A stretch of 63,236 nucleotides of DNA, filler included, from Octopus bimaculoides (GCF_001194135.2; 7 parts of 7 records of this genome joined end to end with filler, not necessarily neighbours in it), one strand, 5' to 3'. Counted from the first letter of the whole stretch, positions 25,962-38,991 are shown. Notes: generated from the sequence alone by a model not told the origin. Translations and numbers: made by a program.

Positions 25962-27682
25962 ATGTTGTATATTTATATTCGTATAAGTAAACTTTATATA
26001 TTATCTTTCTTCTCTCTTTCTCTCTCCATTCACACACACATGCAAATATATATGTATAAATAATACATATTTGCTATATATATATATGTATGCATATATA
26101 TGTGTATACATATGTATATATATGTGTATACATACATATGTATATATATGCGTATATATATATGTTTATATATATTTGTATGTATATTTGTATATATATN
26201 NNNNNNNNNATATATATGTTTATATATATTTGTATGTATATTTGTATATATATGCAGATATATATATATATGTATATATATATATGTGTATATATATGCA
26301 TATATGTGTGTATATATGTATGTATATGCGTCTTATTAATATTAATTTTGTGACACTAATGATAATTATAGTACTGATGATGATAATTGTGGTGGTAATG
26401 TTGTTGTTGGTGGTGGTGGTGGCTGTGGTGATGATGAGGATGATGGTGGTGGCGTTGCCAATAAATATGACACATGAATACTTTATGATAAAAGCACAGA
26501 AAATTACGGAATCGTGTGGAGACGGGTGGGGTGGGGTGGAAGAAGAGAAGAGGGTGAGGGAATGAGCGGGAAGAGGAGGTAGGGAGGGAGAGGAGGAGTG
26601 GGCGTTAGGAAGTGGTGACGCGAGAGAAAGAATGGCGTAGGAAGAGAAGGAGGGAGAGAAGGGAAAGAGAGAGGAGGAGAAATGAGGAAGAACGAAGAGA
26701 AATGGTAAGGTGAAGAAGAGAGAAAAAGCAGAAGAGGAGAGTGAGAGGAGGAATGAAAGGTTAAGAATTAGAAAGAGAGAGGGAGAGAGATAAGTAGTGA
26801 GATAATAAGAATGAAAGAGAGAGAGAGAGAGACAGAGGGTGGAGAAAATGGGAATGAAAGAGAGAAAGGAAGAATGAAAACGAAGACGAAAATGAAAAAG
26901 AACGAAGGAGTTGGAGAGAAAGAAGGAAAACGAAATGAAAGAATTTTATTCTTTGTCTCGTTTCTTCCCGAAGGATTTGAGAGAAGAATTACGGATTTTA
27001 TCCTTGAAAGAAACTCATTTGAACCGAGGAGAACTTTTGGTACAGTGACTCTGTAAACTTCCCCTACTTTGTCCGGGTCTCGGTTGGGTCTTACTGCCAT
27101 AGGTGCCATCATCTTGGTGCGGCGAAATGGCGTAGGGGAACTTCTGAGATGAACCCTCAACTTGCGGTAAACCTGGAAGGAGAAGAACGGGTTTCTTTCT
27201 GTCAAGTGGCGGCGGCGGTCAGAAGGAAGCGGAATTCCTGATGTATTTCTAGTAACAAGAGCGTTCTAACTGTATTTGGACATCAGATAGCCAATAAATG
27301 TGGACGAGCTTTGTGTAGCAGACGACAAGGTTTTTGACCCAAATTATATTTAACTATACACACACATACACACACACACACATACATACATACATACATA
27401 CATACATACATACATAATCATACACATACACAAACATATGTTTGTGTGAATGAGAAAGAGAAGCAGACAGATAGACACACAGATAAATAATTACATAGAT
27501 GTACATGAGCGTGCATATATATATATATATATGTATATGTATGTATGTATATGTATATATGTATGTATGTATGTATATGTATGTATGTATGTATATGTAT
27601 ATATGTATGTATGTATGTATGTGTATATATATATGTGTATATATGTATACATGTATATGTATACATGTATATGTATACATGT

Positions 27683-27720
<38 letters not shown>

Positions 27721-27729
27721 GTGTATGTA

Positions 27730-28718
27730 TACATATATGTGTGTATATATGGCGGGTTTCCACATAGTTTCCATAATCTGAATTCATACACATCTCATCG
27801 GTTGGGCCTGGATCTCTAGTAAAAGACATTTGCTGAAGGTACCACGCAGTGGAATTCGACCAGTCCATGTGGTTGCGAAGCAAACTTCTTAACCATCAAA
27901 CAGTCCCTGTACGTATTCACTCCCGCCTACACTCACACATTTATACACACACAATAAATGTGTCCGTTTGTGTATANNNNNNNNNNNNNNNNNNNNNNNN
28001 NNNNNNNNNNNNNNNNNNNNNNNNNNNNNNNNNNNNNNNNNNNNNNNNNNNNNNNNNNNNNNNNNNNNNNNNNNNNNNNNNNNNNNNNNNNNNNNNNNNN
28101 NNNNNNNNNNNNNNNNNNNNNNNNNNNNNNNNNNNNNNNNNNNNNNNNNNNNNNNNNNNNNNNNNNNNNNNNNNNNNNNNNNNNNNNNNNNNNNNNNNNN
28201 NNNNNNNNNNNNNNNNNNNNNNNNNNNNNNNNNNNNNNNNNNNNNNNNNNNNNNNNNNNNNNNNNNNNNNNNNNNNNNNNNNNNNNNNNNNNNNNNNNNN
28301 NNNNNNNTTCAGCTTTATATTACATTAATCTTAATCTTATTTCAGCCAGAGTTCTTTCGTCACACTTCTGTGACCTCATCAGTGGTCCTTTGTTTCCTTC
28401 TTTCTTATGTGTGTCTCACCTTGCTAACTATCAGCCATTTTGTATTTTGTATTCCTATTGTATGTGTCTACACATGCGTGTCCTTCAATGTGTCTGTGTC
28501 TTTTGTAAGTGCATGTGTGTATGGGGAGTGTCTGTATCACCTATATTCTCTGTTAATACGTGTTCGTTTGTATTTGTTTTTATTTATTTATTTGTTCACA
28601 CGGCCAGCCGCTTTCAAATCCACTCACAAGGCTATAGCAGAAGACACTTGCCCAAGGTGGGACAGAACCCGGAACCATGTGATTGGGAAGGAAGCCTCTT
28701 GCTACACAGCCACGCCTA
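27730..28718 (-). mobile_element. Two partial SINE family B copies (27730-27910, 28605-28718)
   Basis: aagacatttgctgaaggtaccacgcagtgg and ggctatagcagaagacacttgcccaaggtg. Confidence 0.65.
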
Positions 28719-29480
28719 CATCTATGTATAGACGTTATCATACATGTAAAGTTCCTCTACGGCCCCAGGCAGCATGAATAGTAATTATGATCGGTGTTCA
28801 CTCCGGCGTAGTTATGACCGAATAGCCCTTATTTCTTCTGACTCGGTGTCGTTAGGCGCTCGCCCTTTCTATTTTGTGTAAGGTAAAAGGTTAAGTAATA
28901 GACCCTGAAATGGTCAAGTGTCTCATCGGGTCGTTGAAGTCAATATGAGAATATCTGCTCGGTCGTCTCTTTCCCATTCGATTCCACCATCTTCAGTGGT
29001 CAGTACCATCCAGTGGAGCCAGTGCCATGTTTTTAGTTCTTCTTTGACCCCATCAATTGCCAGAAGAAATGTTATTTCCCTTTCCAGGTTGTGATCCTCA
29101 TCGTGAGAAGCAAGCTCCTTGCTGATTTATGTTGTCCGCTCGGAGTCTTAGCGCAAAACAGATGGATACGCAGATATATACGCAAATAAATATATATATG
29201 TATGATAGATAAACAGACAGGCAGAGGAAGAGAGAGAGACACCCACATACGTATATGAATGCCTGTTTATGTGTCTGTGTAATGTGTGTATGAGCATATG
29301 TAAGTTTATATATATACGTGTGTGTGTATCTGTGTATATACACATATATATGCATACACACACACACATATACATACATATATGTATGTCCAAAAATATA
29401 TGCAGGCACGAATATATATTATATGAACGCGCACACATATGCATACAGACACACATATTAGCATATTCAAATACGCATAG

Positions 29481-29544
<64 letters not shown>

Positions 29545-30040
29545 GTGTATGTATGTATGAGGGCATATGTATATTTGCGTGTGAGTATATATGTTTCTAC
29601 ACACATACGTTTGTATATCTATATATATTTAGATACGTCACACATTTATACGCATGCATAAGTATTGTGTGTGTGTGTGTGTGAGAGAGAAAGAGAGAGA
29701 GTGGTTGAGGGAGATAAAAAGGTAAGACTGTGTTTGAATAACAGAGAAAAAGAGGCGAGGGAATAAAGAAAGAAAGAAGGAAGGAAGGAAAGAGTGATTC
29801 AAAAGTTATCTGATAAACTGTAAATTGAAATATGTCCCCGAGGAGCAATTACAGTTGGCGAGCGCAAAAATAAACTGAACGGGCGGCCATTTTGAATGTT
29901 GTCAGTGATTGAGTAAGTTTCCGTCACATTTAGCTCTCAACACACTTTTGCAGACACTGTTGATGGCAAATACACATAGTTATCAAAGGGAGGGGGGGAG
30001 ATAGATATATAGACAGACAATTCGGTAGATGGATATGTAA

Positions 30041-30090
<50 letters not shown>

Positions 30091-30179
30091 TGATACAAAT
30101 GCAGATGGATAGATAGAAAAGTTGATAGAAAGTGAATGAGAGAAATGTAGATATGTAGACAGATAGCTACGGTGAGAGA

Positions 30180-30490
30180 TGTATAGATAGATAGATAGAT
30201 AAACAGACAATTAGATAGATAGATAGATAGATAAACAGACAATTAGATAGATAGATAGATAAACAGACAATTAGATAGATAGATAGATAGATAAACAGAC
30301 AATTAGATAGATAGATAAACAGACAACTAGATAGATAGATAGATAAACAGACAATTAGATAGATAAACAGACAATTAGATAGATAGATAGATAGATAAAC
30401 AGACAACTAGATAGATAGATAGATAGATAAACAGACAGCTAGATAGATAGATAGATAAACAGACAACTAGATAGATAGATAGATAGATGG
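30180..30490. repeat. Higher-order (GATA)n minisatellite punctuated by AAACAGACAA(T/C)TAG
   Basis: About ten recurrences of aaacagacaattag/aaacagacaactag separated by variable GATA runs. Confidence 0.9.
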
Positions 30491-30899
30491 ATAGATCGGT
30501 ACTTAAATACATGCGCAAAAACTCAGCATCCACATGCATACATACAAAAATACATATATTCTGACAGACCAACTGACATATGTACATTCAGACGGATGTA
30601 CAGACAGGCTGGAAGTCGAACTGTCTGACAGAATGACTAACTGGTGGTGAGACCACAACATGGCCGACAATCCCACCATCCCACCCTACCATATCTCTTG
30701 GGACCATTCAACACAGTGAGACATTCGGACAACAAACTGTCTTCTTCTGTGGTTAGTTATGTATGATTTATAATTTTTGTGTTTTTGTGGTGTGTGTGTG
30801 TGTGTTTTTTTTTATTGGCTTATTTGTCTGTGGTTATGTAGTTTTGTAGTTGCGTGTTTGGTGTCTTTTGCCTGATCTGTGTATGTATAGATGCATATA

Positions 30900-31095
30900 C
30901 GAGGGTGTGCTGAAAATGTCCTGGTTTCGGGTAAAAAACAAAAACAAATAGAGGAGGATCAGTTAATTATGACTTTATTCAACATTATCCCGCTCTCATA
31001 TTTACACACTTATTACAGTGATCATTCAGCTTTTCTAAGCCCTGTAAAAGAACTCGGAAGGTTGGGCTTCCAACCAAACCTTTAGCGATACCCTT
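30900..31095 (-). mobile_element. Mariner-derived MITE (truncated)
   Basis: TA|cgagggtgtgctgaaaa TIR; reverse-complement homology to 53219-53435. Confidence 0.75.
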
Positions 31096-31096
31096 A

Positions 31097-31264
31097 TATA
31101 TATTCTGTTGTGTCTGGGGAGAGTCATTTTCTTATCGTGCCTTAAAATTTAACACACTCACCGTTAAAATTTCCACTTATTATTTTTTTATTTTCCTAAA
31201 ATTTTCGTTGCGTCTTGCAACCTTTTCAATAGTCTTGACTATAATAAGTGGAAATTTTAACGGT
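31097..31264. mobile_element. Fold-back element with perfect 24-bp inverted repeat (right arm runs into gap)
   Basis: accgttaaaatttccacttattat (31160-31183) and its exact reverse complement (31241-31264). Confidence 0.65.
31196..31232 (-). ncRNA. Candidate minimal hammerhead with U3:A8 core variant
   Basis: CTA-TTGAAAA-G-GTTGC-AAGAC-GCAAC-GAA-AATT-T-TAG. Confidence 0.45.
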
Positions 31265-32265
31265 NNNNNNNNNNNNNNNNNNNNNNNNNNNNNNNNNNNN
31301 NNNNNNNNNNNNNNNNNNNNNNNNNNNNNNNNNNNNNNNNNNNNNNNNNNNNNNNNNNNNNNNNNNNNNNNNNNNNNNNNNNNNNNNNNNNNNNNNNNNN
31401 NNNNNNNNNNNNNNNNNNNNNNNNNNNNNNNNNNNNNNNNNNNNNNNNNNNNNNNNNNNNNNNNNNNNNNNNNNNNNNNNNNNNNNNNNNNNNNNNNNNN
31501 NNNNNNNNNNNNNNNNNNNNNNNNNNNNNNNNNNNNNNNNNNNNNNNNNNNNNNNNNNNNNNNNNNNNNNNNNNNNNNNNNNNNNNNNNNNNNNNNNNNN
31601 NNNNNNNNNNNNNNNNNNNNNNNNNNNNNNNNNNNNNNNNNNNNNNNNNNNNNNNNNNNNNNNNNNNNNNNNNNNNNNNNNNNNNNNNNNNNNNNNNNNN
31701 NNNNNNNNNNNNNNNNNNNNNNNNNNNNNNNNNNNNNNNNNNNNNNNNNNNNNNNNNNNNNNNNNNNNNNNNNNNNNNNNNNNNNNNNNNNNNNNNNNNN
31801 NNNNNNNNNNNNNNNNNNNNNNNNNNNNNNNNNNNNNNNNNNNNNNNNNNNNNNNNNNNNNNNNNNNNNNNNNNNNNNNNNNNNNNNNNNNNNNNNNNNN
31901 NNNNNNNNNNNNNNNNNNNNNNNNNNNNNNNNNNNNNNNNNNNNNNNNNNNNNNNNNNNNNNNNNNNNNNNNNNNNNNNNNNNNNNNNNNNNNNNNNNNN
32001 NNNNNNNNNNNNNNNNNNNNNNNNNNNNNNNNNNNNNNNATTATTCAGGTGGTGAGCTAGCAGACTATAACTGTATCAAACAAAATGTTTTGCAGCATTT
32101 CTTCCATTGGCTTTTTTATGTTCTAAGTTTTAAGACACCAGCCGTAAATAACAGAAAAGAAGTACATGAAACTGACTGGCCACCATAGCAACACCAGTCT
32201 GCGCATGTCATCTTCCTCCTTCCATCCTTCTTCCTTCCCACCTTACACAACTCCGTCGCTTTTTC

Positions 32266-32309
32266 ATATGTCCTGAGGAAGGGGTCATAACCCCGAAATA
32301 TAGAAATAT
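32266..32309 (+). ncRNA. Minimal type I hammerhead ribozyme motif in a PLE-type terminal repeat remnant
   Basis: ATATGTC-CTGAGGA-A-GGGGT-CATA-ACCCC-GAA-ATAT-A-GAAATAT: intact core, perfect 5-bp stem II, 6/7-bp stem I, palindromic stem III. Confidence 0.75.
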
Positions 32310-33559
32310 AAATTAAGATTACTACTCCGTTTCGTTTTCTTTTCCTTTTTTCGTTTACATCATATCTTCTCGCATTCTTCCGGCCTTACACAAATCTCCT
32401 TATATCAACATTTTCGTGAATTAACATGCGTATATCAATAACATATGTCAGTGCATATCTTGCGAATTTACCACAACAACCTCGTACAGGATATTTCGAT
32501 CGTATACTCGATAGTAAGTCTTTTTTGTTCGTTCTTCCACTGATGTTTGCGCATGTAACGCGTGAAACTTTGAAAACATAAAGACTAGTGTTTCGTTTTG
32601 GTGATTAGTTTAATACCTGCATGTAGCATAGTTGATGGGTTTTTTTCCACTATATTAAAGATCCAGAGACGCGTGCTGACACGTACAAACAAAAATTTAT
32701 GAATATATGTGTATGTATGTATGTACATGCATGTATAGACATTAAATTTTCTCTTCAGACCGGTGAAAGCACCGTTGTGACTGATTGTAAAAAACAACTT
32801 GAAGTGAAAGACTCACGCACAGTGTATGTATGTATGTATGTATGTATGTGTGCGCTTATAATCATTGTGTCTTCGTGCAGATGCTCAAAGTACAGTGGAA
32901 GTCAATAAAATGTAAGCTTATATATATATGTATATACATATACGTATATATATATATATATATATATATAAATGTATATAATATGTATATACATCCACAT
33001 AGGAATATATATATATATGCATATGATGTGTATGTATATGCACACACATAGCTATATGCTCTACGTATGTATATGTAAATATATATACGCATATATATAT
33101 ATATACATATATTCACATATCTTTGTATATGCGTGTGTATATATATATGTGTGTGTGTCTATATACGTACTTATACACGTATACTTGCAAAAAAATGCAT
33201 ATGTATAATCATGTAAATATACACATATATATATATATATAGATTTATACGCATACACATACCAACACACACATACATACGCACTTTTAAATGTACGTTT
33301 TTTACACGAGCACAAACACAAGCATACATGTATATCCACGGATTCATATACATACATACATATACGCACACACACATGAAAACACACATATATGAACACA
33401 TTTTCCATTATCCAGATTTTTTTTCTACTCTCGTTTTCTTTCTGTCATTCTTTTATTCCTTCAAAGTCTAATTCGTGGTTTCTGTACTTCAACGCTCTTC
33501 AGTAAAAGTGTTCTATTTTTTTTTTTTGCTGAAGCTCTCGAAACGTCTTTAGTTAACAA

Positions 33560-34330
33560 TGGTGGTCAAGCAGAAACGAATAAAAGTTGAGGTGCTGAGG
33601 GATAGAGAGAAAAGTAGGAGAGAAGAGAGAGAGAGGGGGGAGTGGTTGGTACAGGAGAGATGGGAGAGAGAGAGAGAGATAAAATGGAAGGGGTTGAGCG
33701 AGGTTGGGTAGCACAGGATAGATAGGAAGACAAAGAGGAAGATGGTGAGGGAAGGGGAGAGGAAGTATAGTAAGCATAGGAGGGATAGGGGAGGAGGATG
33801 TAAGTGAGGTGGTTGATAAAGGAGGGATTGTGAGAGGAGAGAGAAAGCGAAAAGAAAGGAGTTAGAGCAAGTATGCTTGCCATTGGAGGGATTGAGGAAA
33901 AGAACCGGAGTTTTGGGTTGGAGTTGGGGACAGGGTAAGAGAAAGAGAGAGAGAGAGAAAGGAGTTGAATAAAAGAGGGGAATAAGAGGAGAAAGAGGAT
34001 GGTTTGTATTGGAAAGAGAGAGAGAGAGAGAGAGGAGGAAGGAATAAAAGTGGGAGGATGGTTTGTATAGGAGGGATAGCGTGAGAAAGAAAAAAGTAGG
34101 CAGGAGGAGGAGGAAGAGAGAGAGGATGGTTTATATAGGAGTGATAGGGAGAGAATAAAAGTTAAAAGGCAGTAAGGAGAAATAGAGAGGAAATGTTTTG
34201 TGTAGGAGAGATAGAAGAGATAAGGAAGGAAGGAAGGACGGACGGAGAAGAGAGAAGCTGATTTGTGTGGGAGAAATCGGGAGAGGAATTCGGAGGAGAA
34301 CGAAAAGGGTTTCATTTAAGAGGGTGAAAA
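33560..34330. repeat. Long polypurine (GA-rich) tract
   Basis: Direct inspection. Confidence 0.9.
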
Positions 34331-35187
34331 ATCGAAGCTATGATAGAGAGCGAAGTGTTAGAATAGGCGGTGGAGCATCTGATTTTGTCTATTTGCGCTT
34401 TTATTCTAGAATAGGAATTTTTTTCTTTCGTATTTTTCCCGTCCCCTATTTTGATTCAGTCTTATTTATTTGCTTGATTTTTGTGTCCCTTATCACGCTC
34501 CTTGGGTTGGGATCTCTCGGTTCTGGTCTTTAAACGAATAAAAAATTAAAAAAAGAANNNNNNNNNNAAGCTATGATAGAGAGCGAAGTGTTAGAATAGG
34601 CGGTGGAGCATCTGATTTTGTCTATTTGCGCTTTTATTCTAGAATCGGAATTTTTTTCTTTCGTATTTTTCCCGTCCCCTATTTTGATTCAGTCTTATTT
34701 ATTTGCTTGATTTTTGTGTCCCTTATCACGCTCCTTGGGTTGGGATCTCTCGGTTCTGGTCTTTAAACGAATAAAAAATTAAAAAAAGAAAAGGAATTGA
34801 TGTGTAATATGTTATATTGGTAAAAAGAGGGGAAAATAGGGGAAAAAGTTGGAAGAAAGAAGAAAGAATTAAAACAATTGTAGCAAAGAAGGGGAAGATA
34901 ACTCATGAAAAGAACTGTGGTCGGATAATTTTGTATGTATGCATGCATGTATGTGTATGTACGTATATATATGCATGTGTGTATGTCTGTGAAAACATAT
35001 ATACATATATATCGAAACGTCTAGTTAGAATAGAGGCAGCTGACGAAGGAATAATTCCAAGTGGCTATCTGTTTTCCTATGTGTTCGTTCCGTGGTCTGT
35101 AGTTCATTGTTCTAACGTCCTGTACCCTGATATGCATCTATATACACATGTAGATGTAAGTATGTACATATATGTGTGTATACATGC

Positions 35188-35228
<41 letters not shown>

Positions 35229-36099
35229 CTGAGGGTGATAAATTGAATATTAATTACAATTTAAAACCAGGGGTCTAGCATATAAAAGATCTGATAATTC
35301 AGAAAAAATTGTATTACATGCGTATAAGAAGGGATGACCACTNNNNNNNNNNNNNNNNNNNNNNNNNNNNNNNNNNNNNNNNNNNNNNNNNNNNNNNNNN
35401 NNNNNNNNNNNNNNNNNNNNNNNNNNNNNNNNNNNNNNNNNNNNNNNNNNNNNNNNNNNNNNNNNNNNNNNNNNNNNNNNNNNNNNNNNNNNNNNNNNNN
35501 NNNNNNNNNNNNNNNNNNNNNNNNNNNNNNNNNNNNNNNNNNNNNNNNNNNNNNNNNNNNNNNNNNNNNNNNNNNNNNNNNNNNNNNNNNNNNNNNNNNN
35601 NNNNNNNNNNNNNNNNNNNNNNNNNNNNNNNNNNNNNNNNNNNNNNNNNNNNNNNNNNNNNNNNNNNNNNNNNNNNNNNNNNNNNNNNNNNNNNNNNNNN
35701 NNNNNNNNNNNNNNNNNNNNNNNNNNNNNNNNNNNNNNNNNNNNNNNNNNNNNNNNNNNNNNNNNNNNNNNNNNNNNNNNNNNNNNNNNNNNNNNNNNNN
35801 NNNNNNNNNNNNNNNNNNNNNNNNNNNNNNNNNNNNNNNNNNNNNNNNNNNNNNNNNNNNNNNNNNNNNNNNNNNNNNNNNNNNNNNNNNNNNNNNNNNN
35901 NNNNNNNNNNNNNNNNNNNNNNNNNNNNNNNNNNNNNNNNNNNNNNNNNNNNNNNNNNNNNNNNNNNNNNNNNNACGATTATATCGACTCCAGTGTTTTA
36001 CTGGACCTCGGCGGAATTTGAACTCAAAATCTAGCGGCAGACGAAATTCCGCTACTATAACGATTATGGCAGCTCACTGCTTAAATAATAATAATAATT

Positions 36100-36296
36100 T
36101 CTACTCTAAACACAAATTTTTGGAGAGGAGGCCAGTCGATTAGATCGACCCCAGTATGCAAATGGTACTTAATTTATCGACCCCAAAAGGATGAAAGGCA
36201 AAGTCGACCTCGGTGAAGTTTGAACTCAGAACGTAGCGTCGGGCGAAATTCAGCTAAGCATTTCGCCCGGTTTTCTAACGATTCTGCCTGCTCTCC
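36100..36296 (-). mobile_element. SINE family A
   Basis: aatttatcgaccccaaaaggatgaaaggcaaagtcgacctcgg...aagcatttcgcccgg; (AAT)n at both ends. Confidence 0.9.
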
Positions 36297-37261
36297 ATAA
36301 TAATAATGATAATAATAGATAGGACGACAGACAAATAGATAGATAGATAGATACAGAACGGCAGAATGACAGATAGATAGATAGATAGATAGATAGATAT
36401 ATAGATAGATGGATGGATGGATGGATGGTCATAAAAAGTACGCTGAATAAGTATCTAAGGAACAAAAAATATATAAAATTTATAAATTTAAAAAAACATG
36501 TGTGACAGAAAAGTTTAATAATGATTAAAGTATACAGGATGTTGCTGGGGGTATTAACGCTGAAGTGGTATGGGAGAATAAGATTCTGTATAATGCTGTG
36601 AAGGCATTGGGGTGTGAATGTATGTATAAATGTGTTGGCATAAAGCATATGTGTACGTTTGTGTATGTATGTGCGTGTTTTAATAAAACTTCGGTTCCAT
36701 TAATCTTTTGAACTTTATTGGTATTTTGTGTAGGTGTGTGTATATCTTAGTACGTACGCGCACATACATAGATATGTCTGAGTATGTGTGTATGTGTGTG
36801 TGTATTTGTGCGTGTGTGTGTGCTTGGGGGTCTGTGTAAATATGCATACACATACAGAGAGAGAGGGAGAGAGATCTTTGTGTTTATCTATGTAAACACA
36901 CACACACATATACATATACGTGTGTGTGTCTCTATGTATTTAAGTAGATATGTATGTATATAAATNNNNNNNNNNGGTTTGTTTGAGATTCGATGGTTGC
37001 TATGCTCCAGGAGGTTCGTTGATGTAGTTATTGTTGCAAATGATGTTAATAGTTAATTTCAGATTAGCCTGTTCTAGAAAACCCATTACCAAACTCAACG
37101 ATGTTCCAACCATGACCATCCGAACGACTTCTTTTTCTTCTCCTTTTCCTTCTCATCATCCTTTTCCTCCTCCTCCTCCTCCTCCTCTTCTTCTTCTTCA
37201 CGATATTGACTACTGTAGCGACACCTTGTTCTAAAATAACTCAAGATGGCAGCGTATTTGG

Positions 37262-37460
37262 TTTCAAATTTCGGCACGAGGCCAGCAATTTCGGTGGAGC
37301 GGACCCCAGTGGCCAACCGGTATTAACCTGATTGATCTCGGAAGTATGAAAGGCAAAGTCAACCTTGGCAAGATTTGAACTGAGTACATAAAGACGGACA
37401 AAATGTCGCTAAGCATTTTGTCCGGTTGTGCTAACAATCCTGTCATTTTCGCCGCCTTAA
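37262..37460 (-). mobile_element. SINE family A
   Basis: Reverse complement of family A ending cgccgccttaataataat. Confidence 0.85.
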
Positions 37461-38412
37461 TAATAATATTCCTCTGTACTACAGGAGTGGCTGTGTGGTG
37501 ATATCAACCGAGGATATCATCTTTCATCCATTGTTAGGGGTTCAATTAGAAATTTACGAATCCAAGAATATCTCAACACATCCAGTGGGGCCGCNNNNNN
37601 NNNNNNNNNNNNNNNNNNNNNNNNNNNNNNNNNNNNNNNNNNNNNNNNNNNNNNNNNNNNNNNNNNNNNNNTAGGGGTTCAATTAGAAATTTACGAATCC
37701 AAGAATATCTCAACACATCCAGTGGGGCCGCGGGACGCATATTTAAGGGCCTCGGCCCTCTTCTGAGTTCCGTGTACCTTTGCTATTTCTTTCCTTCGTG
37801 GAACTTGATTGAAAATAAAATGAAAAAAGGAAGTCGGTGAGGCTTTTGGCCAAAGTGTGGCCAGCAACAACAACAAGAAGAATATAGCAGACTACACAAT
37901 AACAACAATAAAGGTGATGACGACGACGACGACACCTACGCACCTACCCACGACCACCTCTGCCGAAAACTTGGCTCNNNNNNNNNNNNNNNNNNNNNNN
38001 NNNNNNNNNNNNNNNNNNNNNNNNNNNNNNNNNNNNNNNNNNNNNNNNNNNNNNNNNNNNNNNNNNNNNNNNNNNNNNNNNNNNNNNNNNNNNNNNNNNN
38101 NNNNNNNNNNNNNNNNNNNNNNNNNNNNNNNNNNNNNNNNNNNNNNNNNNNNNNNNNNNNNNNNNNNNNNNNNNNNNNNNNNNNNNNNNNNNNNNNNNNN
38201 NNNNNNNNNNNNNNNNNNNNNNNNNNNNNNNNNNNNNNNNNNNNNNNNNNNNNNNNNCTTGGTGTACCCCTGGGTTTCCTCTTGGTTGGCTCGGCGTCAA
38301 GAATATGTCTTGTGGTTCTTTTCTGAGAAATTCTAATTATATGTCAATCGTGCCGTAAAGGTGATCTCTCAGTGCCCTGACAGACAGATAGATAGACAGA
38401 CAGACATACAGT

Positions 38413-38450
<38 letters not shown>

Positions 38451-38473
38451 TGTAGGCAGATAAGTAGGTGCGT

Positions 38474-38517
<44 letters not shown>

Positions 38518-38991
38518 TGAGACAGACAGACTGATTAATTGTAGAGTTTGATTGAAATAAAATGTTGAAACCACTATCATATGAGCTTCAATGTCGCATA
38601 TTTCTAATGAAAAAATTGTATACCGAAATACAAAGAAATAACCCGAATATGGGGCCTGAAAATAGAAGCAGTTCCTATAATATAGTAGTTGATTTATGGT
38701 TGATCATAAAGAACTACGACCTCACAATGCGGAGAATTAGTGACTCGACCGATTTATAGAGACTCCCTGATCTCCAAGCAACGCATCCTGTCGAACAACC
38801 TTATTCCAGAGATTCTTCGGAAACACCCCCATTACGGCTTTCGGATGCTTGTATACGCGTTAGCCAACATTCCCCACTATTGGTAATGATGGAGAAAATT
38901 CCGAAATACAAAGATTCTGGGAATAGAAAAAACCAGAATGTGGAGCCTGAATACGGAAACAGTTCCGACGAAGATAATTGCCTTTGGGATA

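Noticed and set aside
28780-29140. Minus-strand open stretch KELASHDEDHNLEREITFLLAIDGVKEELKTWHW
   Set aside because: No clear splice sites or recognisable family; possibly an old TE fragment
34335-34790. 223-bp direct repeat across a 10-N gap
   Set aside because: One mismatch and both copies abut the gap, so this is an unmerged contig overlap. The same applies to 37535-37731, ~55345-55426 and ~26150-26260
35005-35060. GAAACGTC ... CTGACGA as a permuted hammerhead
   Set aside because: No stem I can form between the motifs and no GAAA follows the short stem
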